From Hormiphora californensis (taxonomy: Eukaryota; Animalia; Ctenophora), in NCBI GenBank assembly GCA_020137815.1, contig CM035350.1:10354001-10418000 (forward strand): DNA of 64,000 bases. Reading direction: 5' to 3'. Both the position numbers and the translations under genes were made by a program. Shown here one piece after another: positions 50,906 to 64,000 of the stretch (within the stretch, counting starts at the first letter, position 1; the number at the start of each line of letters is the position of its first letter). The notes under the pieces are model-generated. The model made no database searches. It was given only the letters and a program-made list of their open reading frames with translations, and was not told the origin of the DNA.

Positions 50906-53900
50906 TCATTTAGAGTTCGTCCTGGAGGGAAGGTTACACCCAGACACTTTCAGAATCATGTGTGCTGCCTCTATACCACGATCCATGCACTCTACAACAT
51001 CACCTCCACACACCCACAGAGATAGGAACCCTGAAACAGAGGACTGGATAAATTAGAATCCGGTGGTAACCATGGTAACTATGTATGGTTAACACCATGA
51101 TAACCATGGTAACTATGTGTTGTTAACACCATGATAACCATGGTAACTATGTGTTGTTAACACCATGGTAACCATGGTAACTATGTGTTGTTAACACCAT
51201 GGTAACCATGGTAACTATGTGTTGCTATCCTACCTCCTACAAAAGCATCACCTGCACCATTTGTATCAACCAATTCTTCATCTTTTATTGGTATCACAGG
51301 AAACTCTCTGATCTCAGAATCTGAAATTAACAGATCGTCATAGTACTTGGAGATTACAGCTTACTAGAAATCAGCATCACCTGATTGCTAGGAGAGCTTA
51401 TATATTATTATTAGCAATTATATCAAGTAGCAACCTTACTCAGCTATAGACAGCTATAGACAGCTACAGGCAGACAGACAGACAGACAGACAGCTACAGA
51501 CAGCTACATACATGACAACTTACTGTGGTACAACAGTACAGGTCTCTCCTGTTGTGTAATAACAATAGTCCTGCTACTACCACGTTTAGTGGGAAGTAGT
51601 GCTATTCTCTTTATAATCCCCCTCACATCCTCTCCTTCAACCCAACCTAATGCAACACTCAGGGCAGCCGCCTCATCGCTGTTACCAAACACCTGAACAA
51701 TTAGAGTTACAAATACTAATTAGACAACATCAGGTCAGGCAAATGCCTGGTATGTCAGGCCAATGCTCTGGCAGATCACATACAACAACAACACTGAAAC
51801 AACCTACCAAATCTGAGTATTGTAGAACCTCTAGAACCTACCAAATCTGAGTATTGTAGAATCTCTAGAACCTACCAAATCCGAGTATTGTAGAACCTCT
51901 AGAACCTACCAAATCTGAGTATTGTAGAACCTCTAGAACCTACCAAATCTGAGTATTGTAGAACCTCTAGAACCTACCAAATCTGAGTATTGTAGAACCT
52001 CTAGAACCTACCAAATCTGAGTATTGTAGAACCTCTAGAACCTACCAAATCCGAGTATTGTAGAACCTCTAGAACCTACCAAATCTGAGTATTGTAGAAC
52101 CTCTAGAACCTACCAAATCCGAGTATTGTAGAACCTCTAGAACCTACCAAATCTGAGTATTGTAGAACCTCTAGAACCTACCAAATCCGAGTATTGTAGA
52201 ATCTCTAGAACCTACCAAATCTGAGTATTGTAGAACCTCTAGAACCTACCAAATCCGAGTATTGTAGAACCTCTAGAACCTACCAAATCTGAGTATTGTA
52301 GAACCTCTAGAACCTACCAAATCCGAGTATTGTAGAACCTCTAGAACCTACCAAATCTGAGTATTGTAGAACCTCTAGAACCTACCAAATCTGAGTATTG
52401 TAGAACCTCTAGAACCTACCAAATCTGAGTATTGTAGAACCTCTAGAACCTAACAAATCTGAGTATTGTAGAATCTCTAGAACCTACCAAATCTGAGTAT
52501 TGTAGAACCTCTAGAACCTACTAAATCTGAGTATTGTAGAATCTCTAGAACCTACCAAATCTGAGTATTGTAGAACCTCTAGAACCTACCAAATCTGAGT
52601 ATTGTAGAATCTCTAGAACCTACCAAATCTGAGTATTGTAGAACCTCTAGAACCTACCAAATCTGAGTATTGTAGAACCTCTAGAACCTACCAAATCTGA
52701 GTATTGTAGAACCTCTAGAACCTACCAAATCTGAGTATTGTAGAACCTCTAGAACCTACCAAATCTGAGTATTGTAGAACCTCTAGAACCTACTAAATCT
52801 GAGTATTGTAGAACCTCTAGAACCTACCAAATCTGAGTATTGTAGAACCTCTAGAACCTACCAAATCTGAGTATTGTAGAACCTCTAGAACCTACCAAAT
52901 CTGAGTATTGTAGAACCTCTAGAACCTACCAAATCCGAGTATTGTAGAACCTCTAGAACCTACCAAATCCGAGTATTGTAGAACCTCTAGAACCTACCAA
53001 ATCTGAGTATTGTAGAACCTCTAGAACCTACCAAATCCGAGTATTGTAGAACCTCTAGAACCTACCAAATCTGAGTATTGTAGAACCTCTAGAACCTACC
53101 AAATCTGAGTATTGTAGAACCTCTAGAACCTACCAAATCTGAGTATTGTAGAACCTCTAGAACCTACCAAATCTGAGTATTGTAGAATCTCTAGAACCTA
53201 CCAAATCTGAGTATTGTAGAACCTCTAGAACCTACCAAATCTGAGTATTGTAGAACCTCTAGAACCTACCAAATCTGAGTATTGTAGAACCTCTAGAACC
53301 TACCAAATCTGAGTATTGTAGAACCTCTAGAACCTACCAAATCTGAGTATTGTAGAACCTCTAGAACCTACCAAATCTGAGTATTGTAGAACCTCTAGAA
53401 CCTACCAAATCTGAGTATTGTAGAACCTCTAGAACCTACCAAATCTGAGTATTGTAGAACCTCTAGAACCTACCAAATCTGAGTATTGTAGAACCTCTAG
53501 AACCTACCAAATCTGAGTATTGTAGAACCTCTAGAACCTACCAAATCTGAGTATTGTAGAACCTCTAGAACCTACCAAATCTGAGTATTGTAGAACCTCT
53601 AGAACCTACCAAATCTGAGTATTGTAGAACCTCTAGAACCTACCAAATCTGAGTATTGTAGAACCTCTAGAACCTACCAAATCTGAGTATTGTAGAACCT
53701 CTAGAACCTACCAAATCTGAGTATTGTAGAACCTCTAGAACCTACCAAATCTGAGTATTGTAGAACCTCTAGAACCTACCAAATCTGAGTATTGTAGAAC
53801 CTCTAGAACCTACCAAATCTGAGTATTGTAGAACCTCTAGAACCTACCAAATCTGAGTATTGTAGAATCTCTAGAACCTACCAAATCTGAGTATTGTAGA

Positions 53901-56900
53901 ACCTCTAGAACCTACCAAATCTGAGTATTGTAGAATCCTCTAGAACCTACCAAATCTGAGTATTGTAGAACCTCTAGAACCTACCAAATCTGAGTATTGT
54001 AGAACCTCTAGAACCTACCAAATCTGAGTATTGTAGAACCTCTAGAACCTACCAAATCTGAGTATTGTAGAACCTCTAGAACCTACCAAATCTGAGTATT
54101 GTAGAACCTCTAGAACCTACCAAATCTGAGTATTGTAGAACCTCTAGAACCTACCAAATCTGAGTATTGTAGAACCTCTAGAACCTACCAAATCTGAGTA
54201 TTGTAGAATCTCTAGAACCTACCAAATCTGAGTATTGTAGAACCTCTAGAACCTACCAAATCTGAGTATTGTAGAACCTCTAGAACCTACCAAATCTGAG
54301 TATTGTAGAACCTCTAGAACCTACCAAATCTGAGTATTGTAGAATCTCTAGAACCTACCAAATCTGAGTATTGTAGAACTCTCTAGAACCTACCAAATCT
54401 GAGTATTGTAGAACCTCTAGAACCTACCAAATCTGAGTATTGTAGAATCTCTAGAACCTACCAAATCTGAGTATTGTAGAACCTCTAGAACCTACCAAAT
54501 CTGAGTATTGTAGAACCTCTAGAACCTACCAAATCTGAGTATTGTAGAACCTCTAGAACCTACCAAATCTGAGTATTGTAGAATCTCTAGAACCTACCAA
54601 ATCGAGTATTGTAGAACCTCTAGAACCTACCAAATCTGAGTATTGTAGAACCTCTAGAACCTACCAAATCTGAGTATTGTAGAACCTCTAGAACCTACCA
54701 AATCTGAGTATTGTAGAATCTCTAGAACCTACCAAATCTGAGTATTGTAGAACCTCTAGAACCTACCAAATCTGAGTATTGTAGAACCTCTAGAACCTAC
54801 CAAATCTGAGTATTGTAGAATCTCTAGAACCTACCAAATCTGAGTATTGTAGAATCTCTAGAACCTACCAAATCTGAGTATTGTAGAACCTCTAGAACCT
54901 ACCAAATCTGAGTATTGTAGAACCTCTAGAACCTACCAAATCTGAGTATTGTAGAATCTCTAGAACCTACCAAATCTGAGTATTGTAGAACCTCTAGAAC
55001 CTACCAAATCTGAGTATTGTAGAACCTCTAGAACCTACCAAATCTGAGTATTGTAGAATCTCTAGAACCTACCAAATCTGAGTATTGTAGAACCTCTAGA
55101 ACCTACCAAATCTGAGTATTGTAGAACCTCTAGAACCTACCAAATCTGAGTATTGTAGAATCTCTAGAACCTACCAAATCTGAGTATTGTAGAACCTCTA
55201 GAACCTACCAAATCTGAGTATTGTAGAACCTCTAGAACCTACCAAATCTGAGTATTGTAGAACCTCTAGAACCTACCAAATCTGAGTATTGTAGAACCTC
55301 TAGAACCTACCAAATCTGAGTATTGTAGAACCTCTAGAACCTACCAAATCTGAGTATTGTAGAACCTCTAGAACCTACCAAATCTGAGTATTGTAGAACC
55401 TCTAGAACCTACCAAATCTGAGTATTGTAGAACCTCTAGAACCTACCAAATCTGAGTATTGTAGAACCTCTAGAACCTACCAAATCTGAGTATTGTAGAA
55501 CCTCTAGAACCTACCAAATCTGAGTATTGTAGAATCCTCTAGAACCTACCAAATCTGAGTATTGTAGAATCTCTAGAACCTACCAAATCTGAGTATTGTA
55601 GAATCTCTAGAACCTACCAAATCTGAGTATTGTAGAATCTCTAGAACCTACCAAATCTGAGTATTGTAGAACCTCTAGAACCTACCAAATCTGAGTATTG
55701 TAGAATCTCTAGAACCTACCAAATCTGAGTATTGTAGAACCTCTAGAACCTACCAAATCTGAGTATTGTAGAACCTCTAGAACCTACCAAATCTGAGTAT
55801 TGTAGAACCTCTAGACCTACCAAATCTGAGTATTGTAGAACCTCTAGAACCTACCAAATCTGAGTATTGTAGAACCTCTAGAACCTACCAAATCTGAGTA
55901 TTGTAGAACCTCTAGAACCTACCAAATCTGAGTATTGTAGAACCTCTAGAACCTACCAAATCTGAGTATTGTAGAATCTCTAGAACCTACCAAATCTGAG
56001 TATTGTAGAACCTCTAGAACCTACCAAATCTGAGTATTGTAGAACCTCTAGAACCTACCAAATCTGAGTATTGTAGAACCTCTAGAACCTACCAAATCTG
56101 AGTATTGTAGAACCTCTAGAACCTACCAAATCTGAGTATTGTAGAACCTCTAGAACCTACCAAATCTGAGTATTGTAGAACCTCTAGAACCTACCAAATC
56201 TGAGTATTGTAGAACCTCTAGAACCTACCAAATCCGAGTATTGTAGAACCTCTAGAACCTACCAAATCTGAGTATTGTAGAACCTCTAGAACCTACCAAA
56301 TCTGAGTATTGTAGAACCTCTAGAACCTACCAAATCTGAGTATTGTAGAACCTCTAGAACCTACCAAATCTGAGTATTGTAGAATCTCTAGAACCTACCA
56401 AATCTGAGTATTGTAGAACCTCTAGAACCTACCAAATCTGAGTATTGTAGAATCTCTAGAACCTACCAAATCTGAGTATTGTAGAACCTCTAGAACCTAC
56501 CAAATCTGAGTATTGTAGAACCTCTAGAACCTACCAAATCTGAGTATTGTAGAACCTCTAGAACCTACCAAATCTGAGTATTGTAGAACCTCTAGAACCT
56601 ACCAAATCTGAGTATTGTAGAACCTCTAGAACCTACCAAATCTGAGTATTGTAGAACCTCTAGAACCTACCAAATCTGAGTATTGTAGAACCTCTAGAAC
56701 CTACCAAATCTGAGTATTGTAGAACCTCTAGAACCTACCAAATCTGAGTATTGTAGAACCTCTAGAACCTACCAAATCTGAGTATTGTAGAACCTCTAGA
56801 ACCTACCAAATCTGAGTATTGTAGAACCTCTAGAACCTACCAAATCCGAGTATTGTAGAACCTCTAGAACCTACCAAATCTGAGTATTGTAGAACCTCTA

Positions 56901-58174
56901 GAACCTACCAAATCTGAGTATTGTAGAACCTCTAGAACCTACCAAATCTGAGTATTGTAGAACCTCTAGAACCTACCAAATCTGAGTATTGTAGAACCTC
57001 TAGAACCTACCAAATCTGAGTATTGTAGAACCTCTAGAACCTACCAAATCTGAGTATTGTAGAACCTCTAGAAGGGGATCCTTTAGATTGGAACACACGT
57101 AAGGAGCAGACAGGTTAACTGCAAACGTTTTATTATGCTCAACAGCGTGTCTGCCAATGGAAAGGATGGTCTCCACTGACAAGTTTAACATGAATCCCTG
57201 ATAATAAGAGAGATTGTTAACCTCTGATAATAAGAGAGATTGTTAATCCCTGATAATAAGAGATATTGTTAATGGAACCCCTGATAATAAGAGAGATTGT
57301 TAATCCCTGATAATAAGAGATATTGTTAATGGAACCCCTGATATAATTAGTTTTTATGTCGAGAGAGGTATTAGGACTCATTACCGAAAGGACGCATGAC
57401 CGAATGAAATTCAATCCCCCTTATCTCTTAACCCCTAACCCCTAACCACACCCTAACCCCCACCCTAACCCTAACCCTCACCCCTAACCACACCCTAACA
57501 CTCACCCTAACCCCAACCCTAACCCTAACCCTAAAACGTAGCCCTAAAACTTGGTCGGTCATGCGTCCATTCGGTCATAAGTCCGGCGCCCGTCGAGAGA
57601 CCCCTGCAGATAGATGACACTATATGTAGATCTGATGGTATAGCTGCCCGCGAGTACAACCCCTCAGTGGGCCTCAGTGATAATATAGAACTCACCGAGA
57701 TATAGTACAAGGTGGACCGTTCAACTTCACTCCAAACCTCCCCAGATAGAAGATGGCTATGTGGGTATTTGTTTGCTGCCTCCAGTCTTGTAACTAATGA
57801 TCTGAAGAAAACAATGTTCTATGTAGGGGACACGTAACAAACTAGGCGATCAGGTACACATAACAATTATCAAATGATTGGGGGGGGGGGAAGGGGGGAG
57901 GGGGGGGGGAGGAGGGGAGGGGAGGGGAAGAAGAGACTAAAATTGAATTCACACTGAATACCATTAGTATTATTATTACAGTAAGTATAAGTAGTATTAT
58001 TTAGACTTTAAACCTATTTGTCCCTCCAGTGATAAGAATAATACAGACGCCTGTAGGGGCAGTCCTGTCTACCATATAGTTGACTGTAATACCCATTTCT
58101 TGTAAACACTTCACTGTCTTCCTTCCCATTACATCATCCCCTGAAAGAAGAGAGAGAGAGAGAGAGAGATAGGG

Positions 58175-58205
<31 letters not shown>

Positions 58206-58455
58206 GAGAGAGGGAGAGAGATAGAGAGAGATAGCGAGCGAGAGAGATAGGGCAGAGAGAGAGAGAGAGAGAGGAGATGAGACGAGACGGAGAGAGAGAG
58301 AGGAGGACCGGACAGAAGAGCAGAGAGGAAGAGAGAGCGAGAGAGAGGACAGAGAGAGAGATAGAGAGATCGTAAGAGAGAGAGAGATAGGGCATGAGAG
58401 AGAGCCTTCTTTTAGAGGAGAGAGAGAGAGAGAGAGGAGAAGAGAGAGAGAGAGA

Positions 58456-58486
<31 letters not shown>

Positions 58487-58777
58487 GAGATAGGAAGAGA
58501 GAGGAGAGAGAATGAGAGAGAGAGAGAGAGAGAGAGACAGATTGAGAGAGAGAGAGAAGATGGAGAGCGATAGAGAGACGAAGAGAGATAGGGAGAGAGA
58601 GAGAGAGAGAGAAGAGAGAGATAGAGCTAGAGAGGAGAAGAGAGATAGGAATGAGAGAGAGAGAGAGAGGGAGAGAAGAGAGGAGAGAGAGATGAGAGAG
58701 AGGAGACAGAGATAGAGAGAGAGAGAGAGAGATAGGAGAGAGAGAGAGAGACGACAGAAGAGAGAGAAGAGAGGAAC

Positions 58778-58811
<34 letters not shown>

Positions 58812-59445
58812 AAGAGATAGATAGAGAGAGAGAGAGAGAGAGGGAAAGAGATAGATAGAGAGAGAGAGAGAGAATTACTGAGAGAGAGAGAGAGAGGAGA
58901 TGGAGAGAGAGAGAGCGGAAAGAGAGAGAGCGAGATAAGAGAGAGGAGAGAGAAGGGAAGATAGAGAGAGAGAGAGAGAGAGAGAGAAGAATGTAGAGAT
59001 AGAGAGAGGAGAGAGAGTAGAGATCGAGAGAAGAGAGAAAGAGAACGAGAGCAGAGGAGAGAGCAGAGAGAGAGATGAGAGAGAGAGAAGAGAGAGAGAT
59101 ACTAGAGAGAGAGAGGAGAGAGGAGAAGAGAGAGATGCACGAGATTGATGAGATGAGAGAGAAGAGGGAGACAGAGAGAGATAGACCCACCTACACATCC
59201 TACTAATGTGACCATGTCAGGCCGGTTCAGGTACCATTGTGCTACTTGGAGCGCATTCTGTGTTGCTCCACCTGGCCCGTACCCCAACGACTCGACAGTG
59301 CCGCTCAGAAAGTAGTTAAACCTACAAAATACAGCTGGAAGAGTTATCTGCATCTTACATCTGCATCTCAATTAGTTAGTTCCAGTGTCCTTACATTTCT
59401 TTGTGTTGATCCGAAGCTAACACGCATTATCGCTCCAACCATACT

Positions 59446-59483
<38 letters not shown>

Positions 59484-59676
59484 GAGAGCGTGAGGAAACC
59501 GGATGGAGAGAGAGAGGAGAGATCGAGGGAAAGGGCGGGGATGCCGAGAGAGGGAGAGAGAGAGAGCGCGATAGAAGAGAGAAGAGAGAGAGAGAGAGGG
59601 CAAAGAGTATGATAGAGAGAGAGAGAGGAGATAGAGAGAGGAAGAGATGAGAGAGGTGAGAGAGAGAGAGAGAGAG

Positions 59677-59709
<33 letters not shown>

Positions 59710-60350
59710 TAAGAGAGAAGAGAGCAGAGAGGGAAGGAGAGAGAGAGAGAGGATGAGCAAGTGAGACGAGAGAGAGAAGCAAGAGAGAGATGAGCGGAGG
59801 ATGGAGAGAGAGAGACATGTAGGATAGAGAGAGAAACAGAGGGCATGAATGCATGAGGAGACGAGAGAGAGAGCCAACCAACTCGGGATCCAGTAAATAA
59901 AGCACTTATGTTTACTTGGTTTATGTCGAAAGATTCACAATGCAATCAACGCTACATAAAGGGAATACCATTGGGGGGGGGGGGCGGGGGTTGATACTGT
60001 CAGAGCATTGGCCTGACCCTCTTCTCATTTCTCTCGGAGCGCAAGAGAACTGTGGTCAGAGCATTGGCCTGACAGTTGATGGAGGGGTGGACAGGGGGAA
60101 TACTAGTTGGGAGCGGGGGGGGGGGGGGGGGGAGGGGAGGGAAGGGGGTTGTCGCTCACTTTTCAAGGAATGAAGGGTCTACATGAGCTGTTATGTTCCA
60201 CAATGGATGAACCAGACCAAATATAGTGCCTCCAGTTTTAGAGCTACTAACTGGGTCATCTGATACTGTGTCCGAACAGACAGGAGCACGACTAGAGATA
60301 TCTGGAGCACAACCACTGAAACATGCTAACTGTGTTAAACCTCTTTCCAA
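50906..60350 (-). CDS. ADK: Adenosine kinase (paralog A), PfkB family
   Basis: Exons ~60350-60160, 59443-59395 (apparent small indel errors), 59321-59191 (PGGATQN, VGCVG), 58140-58014 (PTGVC), 57801-57696, 57197-57045 (NLSAPY), 51692-51524 (FGNSDE), 51320-51234 ([13 protein letters not shown]), 51030-50906. Confidence 0.9.
51801..57073 (-). repeat. 34-bp array (~155 copies, 5.3 kb) of ADK exon end plus donor
   Basis: tctagaggttctacaatactcagatttg|gtaggt; the first copy encodes LEVLQYSDL. Confidence 0.97.
57367..57591. mobile_element. Small TIR element enclosing (CCCTAA)n telomere-like repeats
   Basis: 9-bp direct repeat gtcgagaga (57358-66, 57592-600); imperfect IR ggac..ccgaaaggacgcatgaccga / tcggtcatgcgtccattcgg..gtcc. 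Confidence 0.7.
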
Positions 60351-60595
60351 TGTTAAATGTTACATCTCCTTCTCATTAATCATATCTCTCTAGATCAATA
60401 ATATTCAGAATAATGTAACCACTAATTCAGAATAATGTAACTATTATGTAACCCATCAATTAATGGTTGCTTATCTCAGAGACGATGTCACTCAGTTTGG
60501 AAATACAGTTTCAGGAGGAATCTCACCCCTACATACCTCATTAAGGTATCATGCAATGACGCTGCTAAAACAAAACAAAGATTAACTAAACAAAG

Positions 60596-60634
<39 letters not shown>

Positions 60635-61016
60635 GAGAGAGAGAGAGAGAGATAGGAGAGAGAGAGGAGAGCAGAGGTAGATATAGCGAGATAGGGAGAG
60701 AGAGAGATGGAAGAAGAGACTGTGGGAGAGAAGAGAGAGAGAGAGGAGAAGAGAGAGAGAGAGAGAGAGTAGAGATGAAGAGAGAGAGAGATGAAAGACC
60801 GAGGCGAGAGAGAGAGAGAGAGAGAGAGAGAATGCGAGAGAGAGAGAGAGAAGAGAGAAAGAGAGAGAGAAAAACAAGAGAAGGGACAGAGGAGAGAGGA
60901 GAGAGAGGAGAGGGAGAGAGAGAGAAGAGAGATCGAGAGAGATAAGAGGAGGAGAAGAGAGGAGAGAGAGAGAAGGAGAGAAGAGAGAGAGAGAGAGAGA
61001 GAGAAAGAGGAGAGAT

Positions 61017-61054
<38 letters not shown>

Positions 61055-61108
61055 CGAGAGCGAGAAGAGAGTTGAGAGAAACAGACGCAGAGAGAGAGAG
61101 GAGAGAGA

Positions 61109-61139
<31 letters not shown>

Positions 61140-61150
61140 GAGAGAGAGAA
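58145..61150. repeat. Degenerate (GA)n low-complexity intronic tracts
   Basis: Blocks at 58145-59185, 59445-59875 and 60598-61150. Confidence 0.9.
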
Positions 61151-61810
61151 GGAAAGTCAGTGGTCAGACAGTCGTGTTGATGATGAGCCAAGTTTGACCT
61201 GTATATAGTGGGAGGCGGTAGATATTACTAGAGAGAGGGGAGGACTGGTACTGTAACATGAAATCAAAAGGGTAGTAGTAGTACTAACTTACTGACAGTC
61301 ATTGTAGAACGTGTGTAATGTTATAGTAGCTGCCTGCTCGCTGCAGCTGTATCTGCCAATACTCTGACAGGGCTGTATATGATGTAGGAAGAAGGGAGGA
61401 AACACACAACTCTCTCTACTTGTTAACGGCTCTATAGAATAGTAGGTATACTACTTGTTTCTTCTGTGTGTGTTGTGAGAACAAATAAAAACAAGCAGTT
61501 TTTCTTAAAAACAGACATTTTAAAATGTGCACACTTGGTATACGCTCAATATAATGTCCCTCTGCTAGCTCGATAGATAATGTATTTAACTTGGTTCTTT
61601 ATGTGTATACTGTTTAGTCCCCCGTGCACATGAATAATATAATAATAAACCTTTCAATACACTACTAAAAACATTTTTCTGCCAGGATATATGAAATAGT
61701 AACCATGGTAACACATGGTTCAGTAACTCATGGTAACACATGGTAACTCATGGTAACCATGGTATAGTAACTATGGTAACACATGGTAACTCATGGTAAC
61801 CATGGTAACA

Positions 61811-63212
<1,402 letters not shown>

Positions 63213-63234
63213 CTAATGGTAATGATTTCATGTT

Positions 63235-64000
63235 AGGGTTAAGGCAGGGTTGGGCAGGATTGGGGGAGGGGGAGGCAGGGTTAGGACATGTTGGGCAGGG
63301 TTGGGGCAGGGTTAGGCAGGGTTAGGCAGGGTTGGGGCAGGGTTTGGTCAGGTTGGGCAGGGTTGGGACAGTTAAGGCAAGGGTTGGGGCAGGGTTGGGG
63401 CAGGGTTGGGGCAGGTTGGGGCAGGGTTGGGCAGGGTTTGGTCAGGGTTGGGGCAGGGTTGGGGCAGGGTTGGGCAGGGTTGGGACAGGGTTGGGCAGGG
63501 TTGGGCAGGGTTTGGTCAGGGTTGGGGCAGGTTGGGGCAGTTTGGGCAGGGTTGGGCAGGGTTGGGCAGGGTTTGGTCAGGGTTGGGGCAGGGTTGGGGC
63601 AGGGTTGGGCAGGGTTGGGACAGGGTTAGGCAGGAACGAGTCATTACTAAGCTGAGTAATCTCCAGTAATATAATCAGTTAAGGCAAGGGTTGGGGCAGG
63701 GTTGGGGCAGGGTTGGGGCAGGTTGGGGCAGTTTGGGCAGGGTTGGGCAGGGTTGGGCAGGGTTTGGTCAGGGTTGGGGCAGGGTTGGGCAGGGTTGGGG
63801 CAGGGTTAGGCAGGGTTAGGCAGGGTTGGGGCAGGGTTTGGTCAGGTTGGGCAGGGTTGGGACAGTTAAGGCAAGGGTTGGGGCAGGGTTGGGGCAGGGT
63901 TGGGGCAGGTTGGGGCAGTTTGGGCAGGGTTGGGCAGGGTTGGGCAGGGTTTGGTCAGGGTTGGGGCAGGGTTGGGGCAGGGTTGGGGCAGGGTTGGGGC
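63235..64000. repeat. G-rich (ggcagggttg)n repeat with G-quadruplex potential, in an ADK-B intron
   Basis: Direct. Confidence 0.93.

Noticed and set aside
59395-59443. Frameshifts suggesting that ADK-A is a pseudogene
   Set aside because: The indels fall in short runs next to noisy GA tracts while all downstream exons are intact, so assembly error is more likely; polishing is needed.
58129-61191. SL/ER-rich ORFs
   Set aside because: Translations of (GA)n low-complexity sequence.

Overview
Intron-rich animal genomic DNA from a long-read assembly. It is probably a pleurobrachiid ctenophore, judged from a recalled repeat at ~18.6 kb and the general style; this is not verified. I reconstructed spliced genes by hand: an LDLa-like Cys-rich surface protein (+), a secreted protein with an F-type-lectin-like segment (-), an ARHGAP19-like RhoGAP (+), a divergent class A GPCR (-), a Cys-rich single-pass membrane protein (-), an intronless mu-class GST (-), an ANF/natriuretic-receptor-family protein with a TM helix and short tail (+) that hosts two antisense nested PAN/Apple-like genes in one intron, and two tandem adenosine kinases (-). 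Mobile DNA includes G-run-terminated TIR elements with 8-9 bp TSDs, two TA-flanked MITEs, a head-to-tail Helitron dimer and a Penelope-like fragment with a hammerhead ribozyme. The most striking pattern is that many tandem repeats and short duplications are copies of a real exon-intron junction (exon edge plus donor, or acceptor plus exon start). They are amplified 2 to ~155 times into the intron at more than 15 junctions across most of the multi-exon genes. About 28.0-33.3 kb is homopolymer-corrupted sequence, and 23933-24032 is an N gap.
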